Of a stretch of DNA of 64,000 bases, positions 25,450 to 37,826 are shown piece by piece (position 1 is the stretch's first letter; each line of letters starts with the position of its first letter). The DNA comes from Octopus sinensis. Taxonomy: Eukaryota. The stretch covers positions 56,358,001-56,422,000 of the forward strand of contig NC_043010.1 in assembly GCF_006345805.1 (NCBI RefSeq), in the 5' to 3' direction. The notes under the pieces are model-generated. The model was not told where the DNA came from. It ran no database searches and saw only the letters and a program-made list of their open reading frames with translations. The position numbers and the translations under genes are program-made.

Positions 25450-26760
25450 AATAATTACTGGTATAATGGTGGATAGCTGACCAATAAAACTGTAGATAAT
25501 TTATATTTTCTCTCTCAATTATAACAAATCTGTTAGTTTTGGGTGAAAGTTTTTATGGGAATGTCCCAGGTATACCACGTCTTAATGAAACTCTAGTTAC
25601 GCAATTCCTTCCTTACGGAAACTTATACGATTGATAACAAACCACACTCAAAGACTGTACTGATCTTTAGCCCCTTCATGTCTCCTCGGAAATAGCGTCT
25701 AATTACTATCATTGTTTCAGTGGAATTTTCAGGGTCTTGCAGATTTTAATACTTTATGGAGCAGATTTCCTCTATAGACCAGTCAAAAATCCCGAATCTT
25801 GGTATCAATACGGATACTGAAAATGCATTTTGGGATATTGTCTTGTTACAAGAGGAAAGCCCTGACGGTCATATCTTTTTTCGTCTGGGATTATTTTTTG
25901 GTCACTACTTGTTCACAGTACCTTTGTATGATATAGTTTTAGAAATGCCTAAATATTTGTATTATTCATTATATGGAAAAGGGGAAACAGAGATGTCGTT
26001 GATGCAAAGATTTTGGGTTTGAGGAATAGTTTGTTCCATATTCAGTTGTTAAATATGAACATTTCCCAAGATCAGCGGAAAATGTAATTAAATGTAGCTG
26101 TTTGTCAGCATTGTATACATTTCAGGCTTAGATCTTTCGATCGTCCACAAAGAAATTATGGGTTACATTACTACCTCTTGCTATTGTAGACCCCCAAGAC
26201 AAAAACTGGATTTTCATTTTTTTTTAAATAACAGTAGATTCCTGGCCAAAATAAACAGAAGCAGAGACAGACTGTCACCTTGGAATATTCCCTTTCAAAT
26301 AATATATCTTTGGAGGCAGTCGTTATGCTTTCACTTACAATATGGACATTGATGCCGAGGAGATTTTTCAATGGCAATAACAAAATCAGGAGATTCTTTA
26401 TTAAGTACAGTCAGTAGTACTTTATCAAATACAGCTACACCAGCAACCATGAGCTTGGACTAGAATACCTTTCTGTAATCATATCATAAAGTCACAAGAT
26501 TTCTGCAGCAGTTTTTCTTACTCCCAGCAGCTTTATTTACCAAATGTTGTTCGATAAATCTCCACAATGTCTTCTCCTACCTGTTATCAGCCACCAGATT
26601 CTTAAGATAGTCTTGGAGGAATTGGTAGATATTTTTCCGTAAAATATTTACATAATGTTTTGGCAAGCAATGAGCGAATATCTTGTAACCAAGTTGATGT
26701 TTTCACTCTTAACTACAAAACTTGTCCATGCTACAGCAGGCCAATATGGTTAGCCAGTTA
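25450..26760 (-). mobile_element. R4/Dong-type LINE reverse-transcriptase relic
   Basis: Manual translation gives DYRKVF (DYxKAFDS motif) near 26480 and KGIFQGDSLSLLLFILA near 26250-26295; many stops. Confidence 0.65.
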
Positions 26761-27655
26761 GGTTTTCTGTAGCTTTTACAAATCGTTGTAATTTAGTGAA
26801 ATACGTTTGTAACATAACTTCCGGTTTGGTTCTCAGCTTACCTTCTCTCTCTCTCTCTCTCTTTCTCTCTCTCATTGTATGTATTTGTGTCTGTCAATCT
26901 GTAAGTATGTATGTGTGTGTATGTATGTATGTATGTATGTCATGTATTTATGTATGTATGTCATGTATGCATGTATACAGACATACACATATATTTTTCA
27001 ATACGGTCGTTAAAGACATTAAGCAACCATTTTCGAAAATGTCATCAAAAAAGTTTATTACAAAATAGAAAGAAAAATGAGCGAATCTCCCTTCTGTAAA
27101 TTTCCCATAAGAAAACTTCAGAATAAATATTTGTATTCCTGTTTCAATGACTTTAAACAAACTTTTAAGTTACTTTCCTCACAATATGAAATACAATGTT
27201 TGTGTGCGCATGTGTATGTGTGTGTGTGTGTGTGTGTGTTGTGTGTGTGTGTGTGTGTGTGTATGTGTGTGTGTGCACATACACATCTCTCTATCAACCT
27301 ACCTATCTACATACTTATCTCTCTGTCAACCTATCTATTTTTTATCCATATATTTATCTATCAACCTATCTATCTATCTCTCTATCTATCTACATATCTT
27401 TGTATTTATCTATTTACCCATGTATCTATCTACCTATTTATCATCTTTTTACCGCGATCTCTTACTCTACCAACGTTTTTATGCATGCTTAAATGTGTAA
27501 CAAGAATATTTGGAAATCGAATCTGGATCACTATATCCGATGCAAAAAGAAAAAAGAGAAAAAGACACGAACACGAACGGGATTCGCTCAGAGGATTAAA
27601 TCATTGGCGCTCTTTTTCTTACAAGAACATGAGTTGTATATTTAGCGCATTTTAG

Positions 27656-27800
27656 CCATGAGACAGCAAAGAAAGCAGACCAGAGCAGTGTCCGAGGCAC
27701 CAAGACAATAGTGGACGATAGTGACGGCGGCGACACCTCCGAATCAGCTAAGGCCAAGAAAGACACGACGGAGACTACTGCTATATCTGATCTCATATAA
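27656..27800 (+). CDS. Candidate terminal exon (HETAKKADQSSVRGTKTIVDDSDGGDTSESAKAKKDTTETTAISDLI*)
   Basis: GC-richer unique island with an open frame after tttTAG acceptors at 27645 and 27655, TAA at 27798-27800, and AATAAA about 275 bp downstream. Product not recognised; the antisense frame is also open. Confidence 0.3.
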
Positions 27801-28084
27801 ACTTCGAATTGTCTTCTGTGAAGATTTTTCCTTTGTCGTTCGAAGTTAACAACATTTAGCTGTTAACAAAAAAAATATTTTCGCATTTAAAAGCTCAACG
27901 GAATCCGAGTTCATTCGATCCGTATCAACTCGATACCAAATCGTAGTATCATTCACACACACCTCTTCCGGTTGTATGTTGATTTCAGTAGAATTGGGGA
28001 TCCATGAGACATAATGAGTTTTTTCTAATCAAAGTCAATTTAGTCTCTCAAGAGGTTTTCACCTGATTTTGAGAATAAATTAAC

Positions 28085-28305
28085 TAAAACTAAATTGGTT
28101 TCAAATGTTGGCACAAGGCTAGCAATTCCATGGGAAATGGGTGAAGTCGATTACAACGACTCCAATGCTCAGCTGGTACTTGTTTTATTGATCCCGAAAG
28201 GATGAAAGGCAAAGTCGACCTCGGCAGAATTTGGACATAAAGACGGGCGAAATGCCGCAAAGCATGTTACCCGGCGGGCTAATCATTCTACCCGCTCGCC
28301 GCCTT
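28085..28305 (-). mobile_element. SINE family A
   Basis: Conserved core and head (acccgctcgccgcc). Confidence 0.85.
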
Positions 28306-28661
28306 AGATTCACTCTCTTTTACTTGTTTCAGTCATTTGACTGCGGCCATGCTGGAGCACCGCCTTTAGTCGAGCAAATCGACCCCAAGACTAAAAATAT
28401 TGTCAACACAGACACTGATTGCTAAAATGTCCTGTCTGTGCTTTATTATATATAATGTGAGATATGGAAATAAAAACAGATGAAAACTGATATGTATTTT
28501 GATCCCTAAAATGTTTCTTGTTTTTACCGTCTTTAACTAAATACTTTCTCGAAAATCTGCCAATATTTTAATGAGACAAAATATTACTTATTCTGGGAGA
28601 AAAAAAAACAGGTCATTCACTAGTCTTTATACACACACACACATATATATACATACATACA

Positions 28662-28750
<89 letters not shown>

Positions 28751-28769
28751 GTTGCGTGTGTGTGTGTGT

Positions 28770-28858
28770 AAGCCTAGTAATTATTCTATCGGTCTCTTTT
28801 GCCAAACCGCTAAATTACGGCGACATAAACACACCAACATCGGTTGTCAAGCGATACC
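28770..28858 (-). mobile_element. SINE family B, partial
   Basis: taagcctagtaattattctatcggtctcttttgccaaaccgctaa...ggttgtcaagcga matches the 61686-62110 copy. Confidence 0.8.
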
Positions 28859-28859
28859 G

Positions 28860-29008
28860 TGTCACACTCTGTGTCACGCTGAATCTCTCCGAGAACTACG
28901 TTAAGGGTACACGTATCTGCGGAGTGCTCAACCACTTGCACGTTAATTTCACGAGCAGGCTGTTGTGTTGATTGGATCAACTGGAACTCTCATCGTCGTA
29001 ACCGACGG
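28860..29008 (-). mobile_element. Interspersed repeat family C, copy 2
   Basis: Aligns to 18820-18970. Confidence 0.75.
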
Positions 29009-29053
29009 ACAGCCACGAGTGTGCGTGAGTGCGTGTGTGTGTGTGTGTGTGTA

Positions 29054-29085
<32 letters not shown>

Positions 29086-29149
29086 TGTGTGTGTGTGTGT
29101 GGTGTGTGTGTGTGTGCATGCGTGTGTGTGTGTGTGTGCGTGAGGGAAC

Positions 29150-29372
29150 GAGAGAGTCTTTGTGTCAATGTTTGTCGCCAACCACCGCTTGACAACCGAT
29201 ATTGGTTCCCGAAACTTAGAGGTGGTTCGACAAAAAGTGATCGATAGAATAAGTACCAGGCTCATAAAAATAAAGTATTAGGGTCGATGATTCATTCAAC
29301 AAAAAAAAATTTCAATGCGGTGCCCCAGCATGGCCGCAGTCTATTGACTGAAACAGGTAAAAGATAAAAGAT
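29150..29372 (+). mobile_element. SINE family B, 3' half
   Basis: cgcttgacaaccga...atagaataagtaccaggc...ccccagcatggccgcagtc...gactgaaacaggtaaaagataaaag. Confidence 0.8.
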
Positions 29373-29573
29373 ATGGTGGCATTATCTTTAATTATTTATT
29401 TAATTCATAAATACGATTTAATATATTCATACTCTGCAACCAATCTACTTGATCCATGGTTTCAGCTTGCATGGGTATTCCTCTTCAAGATATATCACCT
29501 ATGAATATATATTTTGATAGCCGGTATTCACAGAAGTGCGTACTGAGAATCCAGCTTGGATCTTAATCCCCTT

Positions 29574-30330
29574 TATTGTCAAAATAAGTTTGTCCGTATT
29601 TTCCCATCTATTTTGACTCTTACTTTTCATCAATCATTTTAACGAACCAGTCAATAATATATTCTCTTTTTCTTCTTCGTTGTTCACCATTTTTTGCCAA
29701 TGTTCCTTTCGCATGTCAATGCGTTGACTCGAAGAATTCATCGAACCAAGTTTTCAGCTCCACATTGAACGAAACGCCTCGCAGAATGTTGGAAAAGCCG
29801 AAGAAAATGACAATCGGAAAGCGTTATAAGAGGAGCATAGGGTGGGGAGTGGTGGGGAGTGGTGGGGAGAACTTCCTCACCGAGCTCTTGAATAACGTTT
29901 TTGGTTAAATTAGTGACGGGGTGGTGAGTGTTGAAGAAACGTGCCGTAGAGTCACTTGGACCTTACCCATCGAGTATAGGTGAGGGGCAACAATACCATG
30001 AGAAGATCCCATCTGCTAGACCAATTCCTTAGTGAATTGGTGTGGACCCTCGTGGTTAAGTGACTTCACTTGAACCTCAATGAACTCTCTTCTTTGAAGC
30101 GTGAAAACCATTTCTGAGCAGTTCTTCGAGTAATAACGTCTTTCCCGGCGACAGCGGAAATGTCTGGAACGACTTTGGCTGCTTCGGAAACTTGATTTAA
30201 AGCCTGCAGACGTCATCGTCAACAACGCTCATTGGTCTCTCCTCGCCACTCCATTGGCGAATGTCTAAGAACAGGTCGGGTCTCGACTAATTTTAAAAAC
30301 AATTCACGATGTTGTAGGGGAAGAAAAATA
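29574..30330 (-). mobile_element. Internally deleted mariner element
   Basis: Manual translation gives EAAKVVPDISAVAGKDVITRRTAQKWFSRFKE (HTH), a decayed LPHP..YSPDL..SDCHF region and GVSFNVELKTWFDEFFES. A TIR-like end tattgtcaaaataagtttgtccg lies at 29574. Confidence 0.75.
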
Positions 30331-30366
30331 ATCATAAAATAATGTCAATAAAAATATTTTTTGTGT

Positions 30367-30466
30367 NNNNNNNNNNNNNNNNNNNNNNNNNNNNNNNNNN
30401 NNNNNNNNNNNNNNNNNNNNNNNNNNNNNNNNNNNNNNNNNNNNNNNNNNNNNNNNNNNNNNNNNN
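30367..30466. other. Assembly gap (100 N)
   Basis: Run of N; the true gap size is unknown. Confidence 1.
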
Positions 30467-31209
30467 TGGCAAATATTTCATCCTCAAATGAAAAATGTCT
30501 GAATTTGGATTCTATAAAGAACTTTTGTAAATTTCAAAGACATCACACACACACACACACCACACAAGGACACATACATACATACGCATACATACAAATA
30601 TATAGCTGCTTTTTACACACACACTTTTAAAAGCGATGCTGCGTTGCGTGAACCATTAATTTTCTCTTTATTCAACATGTTTGAGGTAAATAAACCAGAA
30701 AAGACGGCACTCCGTAGTCCCAGTCAAACCAATATGTAAAATAGATTCCACTCTACAGAACGTATTGAGTCCTTTTGTTGCTTATCAGAATCACTAAAAT
30801 ATTAAAGAGAGTGTATAGGTGAATCTCCGTCGTTCAACGACGAAGATTTCGTTTTGGATCAACTCAGTTTCTGTCCGTCAGTTAACATATAAACGACAGA
30901 CAGGTGAAAGTAATCGAGCTGGCAGTGTGAGACCCCTTTTTCAATTACGGGTACAATCCATCCGGTAGACTTCCGTACAGTTTCTCTCCACTCAGCTGCA
31001 ATATGAACTTCTTAACCATTTCACTACAAATGTCGAAAATTGCTTCATCATTTTGCTAACTTCTTAATTAATTAATATCTCCGTTGCTTTAATTGTGAAT
31101 ATAATATTGATTAACCTGTCTTCCCTCCCCGCATAAATTATGTTATTAAGTAACTCCTCCCTTTACCTGACATTCTCTACCATAACAGGATTTCAATATT
31201 GATCTCTGA

Positions 31210-31410
31210 TCTTTAGCTCGCCGAACAAAATGCTTTGCAGCATTTCGTCCGTTTTTACGCTCCGAGTTCAAATTCTGCCAAGGTCGACTTTGCCCTTCAT
31301 CCTTTCGGGGCCGATAAAATAAGTACCAGTTGAATTTTGGGGTCGATGTGATCGACTTAGCCACCACCCACCGAAACTGTTGGCCTTGTGCCAAAATTTG
31401 AAACCAATAT
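31210..31410 (+). mobile_element. SINE family A (plus orientation)
   Basis: gagttcaaattctgccaaggtcgactttgcccttcatcctttcgggg...ttggccttgtgcc. Confidence 0.85.
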
Positions 31411-31724
31411 TGATCACTGATCTGACGATCAATTTGCCTAGATCGATATCTGTGGACAAATGACAGACAAGATTGTTCTGACAGATGTCAGCGGATTAGT
31501 GGACACCGATCGGGCACTTTATTGTTGTCTTGACCAATGGTCATCCCAACTGGTAAATACACAACACCATTATAGATCACCACCTCTACCCCGGGTATAA
31601 CAATGCACTTAAGGATCTCTACACACGATCTACACATATGATATAGAATACAGATTAACAGCTGATCCCTACAGCCAGTGTAGCCCCACCTTAACACAAC
31701 ACCAATACCCAGCTCTCCCCACAA

Positions 31725-31920
31725 ATTTTGGCACATGACCAGCAATTTCGGGGAAGGTGCTAAGTCGATTACAACGACCTCAGTGTTCAGCTGCTACTTA
31801 TTTTATCGACCCCTAAATGTAAAGTTGCCCTCGACAGAATTTGAACTTAGAACGTAAAGTGGGGCGAAATGCAGCAAAGCAGTTTGTGCGGCATGCTAAG
31901 GATTCTGCCAGCTAGTCGCT
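31725..31920 (-). mobile_element. SINE family A (minus orientation)
   Basis: Reverse complement of the 31210-31410 type. Confidence 0.8.
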
Positions 31921-32199
31921 TTAATCCAGACCCAAATATTTGTGGAATATATTGTCAGACACTTCCCCACCGCTTTTGTTTAACAACAAAATACATTTGA
32001 TATTTACATCGTTAATAAATATATATCAATAACGGATAAGTGAGTGAAGGAACCGAGCCTCCACACACGCGCACACACAGTTATACATGCATATTTGTAT
32101 GCTTATGTGTATATATACTGAGGTATATATACACGTGTGTTTGTGTGTGTGTGCGTGAATGAATGAATGTATATATATATATATATATATAAATTATAT

Positions 32200-32490
32200 A
32201 TAGCCTCGGACCGACAAAGCCTTGTTAGTGGATTTGGTAGATGGAAACTGAAAGAAGCGCGTCATATGTGTATATGTGTGTGTGTTAGTGTTTGTCACCC
32301 CCACCATTGCTTGACAACCGATGTTGGTGCGTTTACGGCTCTGTAACTTAACGATTCGGCAAAAGAGGCAGATAGAATAAGTACTAGGCTTACAAGGAAT
32401 AAGTCCTGGAGTAGTATTGTTCGACTAAAGACGGTGCTTCAGCATGGCCGCAGTCAAATGACTGGAACAAGTATAAGAATAAAAGAATAA
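32200..32490 (+). mobile_element. SINE family B, 5'-truncated
   Basis: gcctcggaccgacaaagccttgttagtggatttggtagatggaaactgaaagaagc...gcatggccgcagtcaaatgactgg. Confidence 0.85.
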
Positions 32491-32842
32491 ATATGTGTGT
32501 GTTTTATATATATATATATATATATATGTAAAAGTTAAAAAATACAAACTGGGACAAGAACGTGAAACATTTAGAAGACGACACAAAAAACACGGACGGG
32601 ACATTCGAAGCCTTCAATCTTCAGTCAAGAACCGGATCATCTTCGCAATTTCGGCTGATTAATATATATATATCGTTTGTAGAAAACATAATTCCGGAGC
32701 AGCACACTCTAAGATGTAGACCAGTTTACATTTTAATGGCGAAGGCCGGTTCATGGGATTACCCTGGGTTTCCCGTCCATAAAGCTAAAACCTTATGGAC
32801 GCGGTAAACGCAGGGTAATCACATAAACCAGCCTCCCCCATT

Positions 32843-32911
<69 letters not shown>

Positions 32912-32920
<9 letters not shown>

Positions 32921-33131
32921 AAGCAATGAAAGGCAGAAATGGAATATACGAGTATTATTAATCACGACAATTGTTTCGACACATCATACTATAGTACTAT
33001 AGTATCGTGATGCAAACAGGGAAAATAGAGCTCAAAATAAACGATAAATGCCAACACACGAAACTCTCGGACCTTGAGTCATTCTCTTGCTTCTGCTAAA
33101 AAATCTCAATGATAATAATATTATTATTATT

Positions 33132-33190
<59 letters not shown>

Positions 33191-33197
33191 TAATAAT

Positions 33198-33270
<73 letters not shown>

Positions 33271-33504
33271 TATATAAAGCAAATGGAAAGGCAGAAGATG
33301 GAATATACGAGTTTATTAATCACGACAATTGTTTCGACACTCTAGTACTATAGTACTATAGGTATCGTGATGCAAACAGGAAAATAGAGCTCAAAATAAA
33401 CGATAAATGCCAACACACGAAACTCTCGGAACTTGAGTCATTCTCTTGCTTCTGCTAAAAAATCTCAATGATAATAATATTATTATTATTATAATTAATA
33501 ATAA

Positions 33505-33545
<41 letters not shown>
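32912..33545. repeat. ~358-bp tandem duplication including (TAA)n/(TA)n
   Basis: atcacgacaattg occurs at 32961 and 33319; the copies differ mainly by short indels. Confidence 0.9.
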
Positions 33546-33547
<2 letters not shown>

Positions 33548-33772
33548 TATATATGCATACATATATTTAAGCTTGTATATATATATATATAGTTTATATC
33601 CATTTAAAAGAAGAAAAGAAAATGGAGATTAGAAAGTTAATAATTGCTTGTTATTAACAGCAATTGGTCATCCCTTCATAAGATTAACAAACCCTCTAAT
33701 TAAATATTTATATATACATATATACACCCAGTACACATTCTTTATTTTCTCTCCTTGTTTTTTTCTGTGTTC

Positions 33773-33808
33773 CTTTCTGTGGAAGAGCATAGGCTCGAAA
33801 TGTTAAAG
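33773..33808 (+). ncRNA. Degenerate Penelope-type hammerhead motif
   Basis: CUUU-CUGUGGA-A-GAGC-auag-GCUC-GAAA-UGU-U-AAAG: stems I and II are intact, but core A6 is changed to U. Confidence 0.4.
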
Positions 33809-33898
33809 ACTTTTTCACTTCCCAAGCTTTAAGCTAATACATCTGTTTGTTGTCTACACCACCTGTTCTTCGTCTTTTGTTTTCTCATGAATCTCCCC

Positions 33899-33938
<40 letters not shown>

Positions 33939-33951
33939 TATATAATATATA

Positions 33952-33992
<41 letters not shown>

Positions 33993-34375
33993 TTCTTCTT
34001 CTTCTTACTTCTCTACCCCTACCCCTTAACTTTGTCACTAATGTTTTTTAGTATAACACCTACGCTAATTCTATAAACCTACGCTAATTCTATAAACAAG
34101 CCTGTCAATAAAATATTCTCCTGAATTGAACTGAGACTGCCAGCCGCCACTGACCATTCAAAATACGACCATCAGGGCACTCCCAGATTCTCCCATCCCC
34201 CTTTCCCCACCAGCCTTCTTCCTACTACCCTTCCAAGAACTCACAACGACCTCCGACACAAGTGCAAACAAGGGAGTCAGAGAAAGGCAGAATGCCACTT
34301 AAATCTGAACACTACTATATAAATATTCTTTTAAAAAAACTTTTCTTCTAATTTTTCTAAATTTAATTATTTAAT

Positions 34376-34422
34376 CGTTACAGTTGAAAAGGTCTCAAAA
34401 TGACCGAAACCGGTACTGAATG
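34376..34422 (+). ncRNA. Type I minimal hammerhead ribozyme with U3:A8 core variant
   Basis: CGUUaCAG-UUGAAAA-GGUC-ucaaaau-GACC-GAAA-CCGG-U-A-CUGAAUG. Stem I has 3 bp, an A bulge and 4 bp; stem II has 4 bp; stem III is palindromic (ACCGGU); the cleavage triplet is GUA at 34413-34415. Confidence 0.6.
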
Positions 34423-34467
34423 TTCACTATAAAATTATTTTAGCATTTTCTATTTTTTTTCTTGTTT

Positions 34468-34546
<79 letters not shown>

Positions 34547-34588
34547 TATACATACATACATACATACATACATACATACATACATACA

Positions 34589-34621
<33 letters not shown>

Positions 34622-34989
34622 GCATGCATACTTACATGCATGTGTGTGTGTATGTATGTGTATAAATATATATATTTTCTTTATTCCCCTCTTCCTGTTT
34701 TCGATTTAACCCGACTAATACACTCCCTAGTTTTAGGTCACTCAAAATAAAAACCTTTGACTCTACAACACTGTGTATAAATTCTGTACTTGGAATGACC
34801 AATTTTAAATACCGTTGGATCTTACTCATAAGGTATTGGAATCTTACATATATACCATTCTGCCTAAAAAATGGATCTACAATTTCAATATCCTAACATA
34901 TCTCACATCTATTTTCTTTCTTCCACCTCACTCTCTATTTTGTATCCCATCTAAATTAATTATTACTTAACCATCCTCTCACACCGTCT

Positions 34990-35033
34990 CCGATGAAGGG
35001 ATATAATTAATAAATATCCTGGTAACAGCTGTA
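34990..35033 (+). ncRNA. Degenerate hammerhead motif at a Penelope-like terminus
   Basis: CCGAUGA-AGGGAUAU...AUAUCCU-GGUAA-CAGCUG-U-A: long stem II and palindromic ACAGCUGU are retained, but the core is mutated. Confidence 0.35.
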
Positions 35034-35301
35034 ATGTTCTAATATCTACACAGGTTTGGTTTTTTATCTCATTACGCAAACAATTATCATATATATATAC
35101 ATGCGCATGTCTGTGCCTGTGTTTTTCCCACTACCATCGCCTAATAACCGATGTTCGTGTGTTTACGCCCCCGTAATATAGCGGTTCGGCAAGAGACCGA
35201 TAGAATAAATATTAGGATAGAATAAGCCCTGGGGCCGCAGTCAAATGACTGAGACAAGAAAAAGAATAAAATTATATATATAACATGTGCATATATTTAT
35301 G

Positions 35302-35335
<34 letters not shown>

Positions 35336-35559
35336 AATATATAATATATATATATATATAGGTGTGTGTATGTGTACACATGTAGCATATTTAACATGCA
35401 TATATATATGTGTGTGTGTGTGTAATATCGTGTGTATTTATATATACGTATCTATGTATATATTTTATGATTTACTGTTTCGGCCAGAGGCTGGGGCCAT
35501 GCTGGAGCTCCGCCTTTCGGTGTGTTTGGATTTCCTTTTCCTTTCTGCACTGTTTTTTT

Positions 35560-36350
35560 GATGAAGCAACGAGTAGTGCGGAGCTGCTCTTCTTTGTGCC
35601 TCCTGTCACGACGCGGGTTCATCCGGTGCGTCAGATAAAATATCTGTCAAGACGCTCTTGGAAGACCTCCACATCTACACCTCGCAAATATCTATGGTTG
35701 TTTGGCTAAATATTGAAGAGCTATATAGACCCTTAAAATCCAGACTGTTGCAGTACTGGGTCCTTATTCTTTTCGTGAAAGACGGGATCTTTCATGATAC
35801 GCAGTGCTGTCCTCCAGTTCGGCGGTTGACATAGCTTTCAGTTCTAAAGTTGAGAGCTGGAACTTCCAGGATCTTCCATACGTATATCACTACATATCTT
35901 TCACGCCTTCTCTCCAGGGAGTCGAGCTTCAGTTCTTTTAGCCTTTCCCAGGACTCATTTGTTTCACCGAGTCAATCTTCTTTGTGTAGTGGTGTTCGAT
36001 TGCCTCAAGTTCCGACGCCACTTCGACGTCCAGCGAAGATCACAGTTGGGAACAGTTATCCAGACGACCGAGAACGAAAGTTTTCCAGGGGAGTATCAAG
36101 TTATCCTTACTTCTGTTTCTGAATGAATCAGAATCTATACAACTACTCACCAGAACAACGTTGCCATCTTGCAAATATGCACGTGTCTCTACAAATGGCA
36201 GAGAACAGGAATTACGGAATAAATACCATTATAAGATGCAGAACATTTTAGAAGCTCCGAGGAAGCTATAAGGTGATGCACAAGCACTCGCGTCTGAATG
36301 CATCGCCCAGTCAGCTTCAAGTGAGCATTCCTGTTCATTTATTAAATGAT
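35560..36350 (-). mobile_element. CR1/L2-clade LINE 3' region (second subfamily)
   Basis: Manual translation gives SFRNRSKDNLILPWKTFVLGRLDNCSQL, ELEAIEHHYTKKI and a downstream RTRYCNSL-like tail. Confidence 0.75.
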
Positions 36351-36420
36351 CTGTATTCGACTAATGCTTTATTCTGAAGAATAAAGCTATTAATATTGCA
36401 TATTCCCAAACGAAACATTA

Positions 36421-36451
<31 letters not shown>

Positions 36452-37772
36452 TGTATGTATGTATGTATGTATGTATGTATGTATGTATGTATGTATGTAT
36501 GTGCGCGTATAGTGAATGGGGGAAGCTTGGGCTGCAATGTTTGCAGTCGTGTATGCTTGTCAAGAGCAGGGCTCATTAGCCACCAACTGCAAAATATAAG
36601 TTAGTCCTAGAGCGCACAATGTTCCTGAAGGTCGGCAATGGTCTTCTTCGGTCATGAGTGGACGGCCATCATGTATGTGTGTGTGTGTGTGTGTGTGCGC
36701 GCGCGCGCGTGCGTGTGTCCAATGAGTGAGTTTCTCGTTATGTACCATCATTGTACGCCATATTTATTTCTCATTCAGTGATGGAGGAGTAAACAGCCAC
36801 AAACTCCGAGTGGAGTCAGACTGAATCATTGGCTGCCAAGCTGGAAATGAACTTTTCTCTAACAGACGACTCTTTCTGCCGTTTCGACAGCCAAACGTCT
36901 GTGATTACATGTATGCGTTTACATTCAGACATACATATATATATATTTATATATGTGGGTGTATATGTATGTATATAAACGCACATATCTATATACATGC
37001 ATACATGTATGTATTGTGTGTGTACATGCGTGTGTGTGTATGCAGGGATGTGTGTGTTTTAGCACTCTAAGCAATCTTAATTAGATTTATATGACTTTTA
37101 CTATTGATTGGTAATTAAATTAATGGTAATTAAATAAGTGATTAACGTATATGGGTGACTGCTTTAATGTACATACTATATATATATATATATATAAACA
37201 CACACATATATATATATGTATATATATATATGGTGTGTGTGTGTTATGTATGTATATATGTGTGTGTATATTATATATATATATATATATATATATTATA
37301 TCTCACACACATATATATAATATATATATAATATCACACACACACACATATATATATATATAGCTATATATATATATATATTATATATATATACATATAT
37401 GTATGCGCTACTCACTGTTTGTATGTATATATATTTGTCTATTTATACATACCTTATACATACACACGTACATACGTAAACTGTTGATCTTATTTAAGTC
37501 GATTTGTGCGTGTATTGTGTGTGGGTGTGGGGTGAGAGAGAGAGAGAGAGAAATACAGAGAGACTTCTGGAGTAAGAAGTCTTTTTGGGGCTTTTTACAC
37601 TTTCCTTCTTTTTCTTTATGTATATATATATATATATATTTTTTATATATATATATATATATATATAGATGTATTTTATGTATTATGTATTACGTATATG
37701 CATGTATCATACATAATATATATATATATATATAATATGTGTGTGTGTATGTAAGTATGTATGTGCACATTG

Positions 37773-37826
<54 letters not shown>

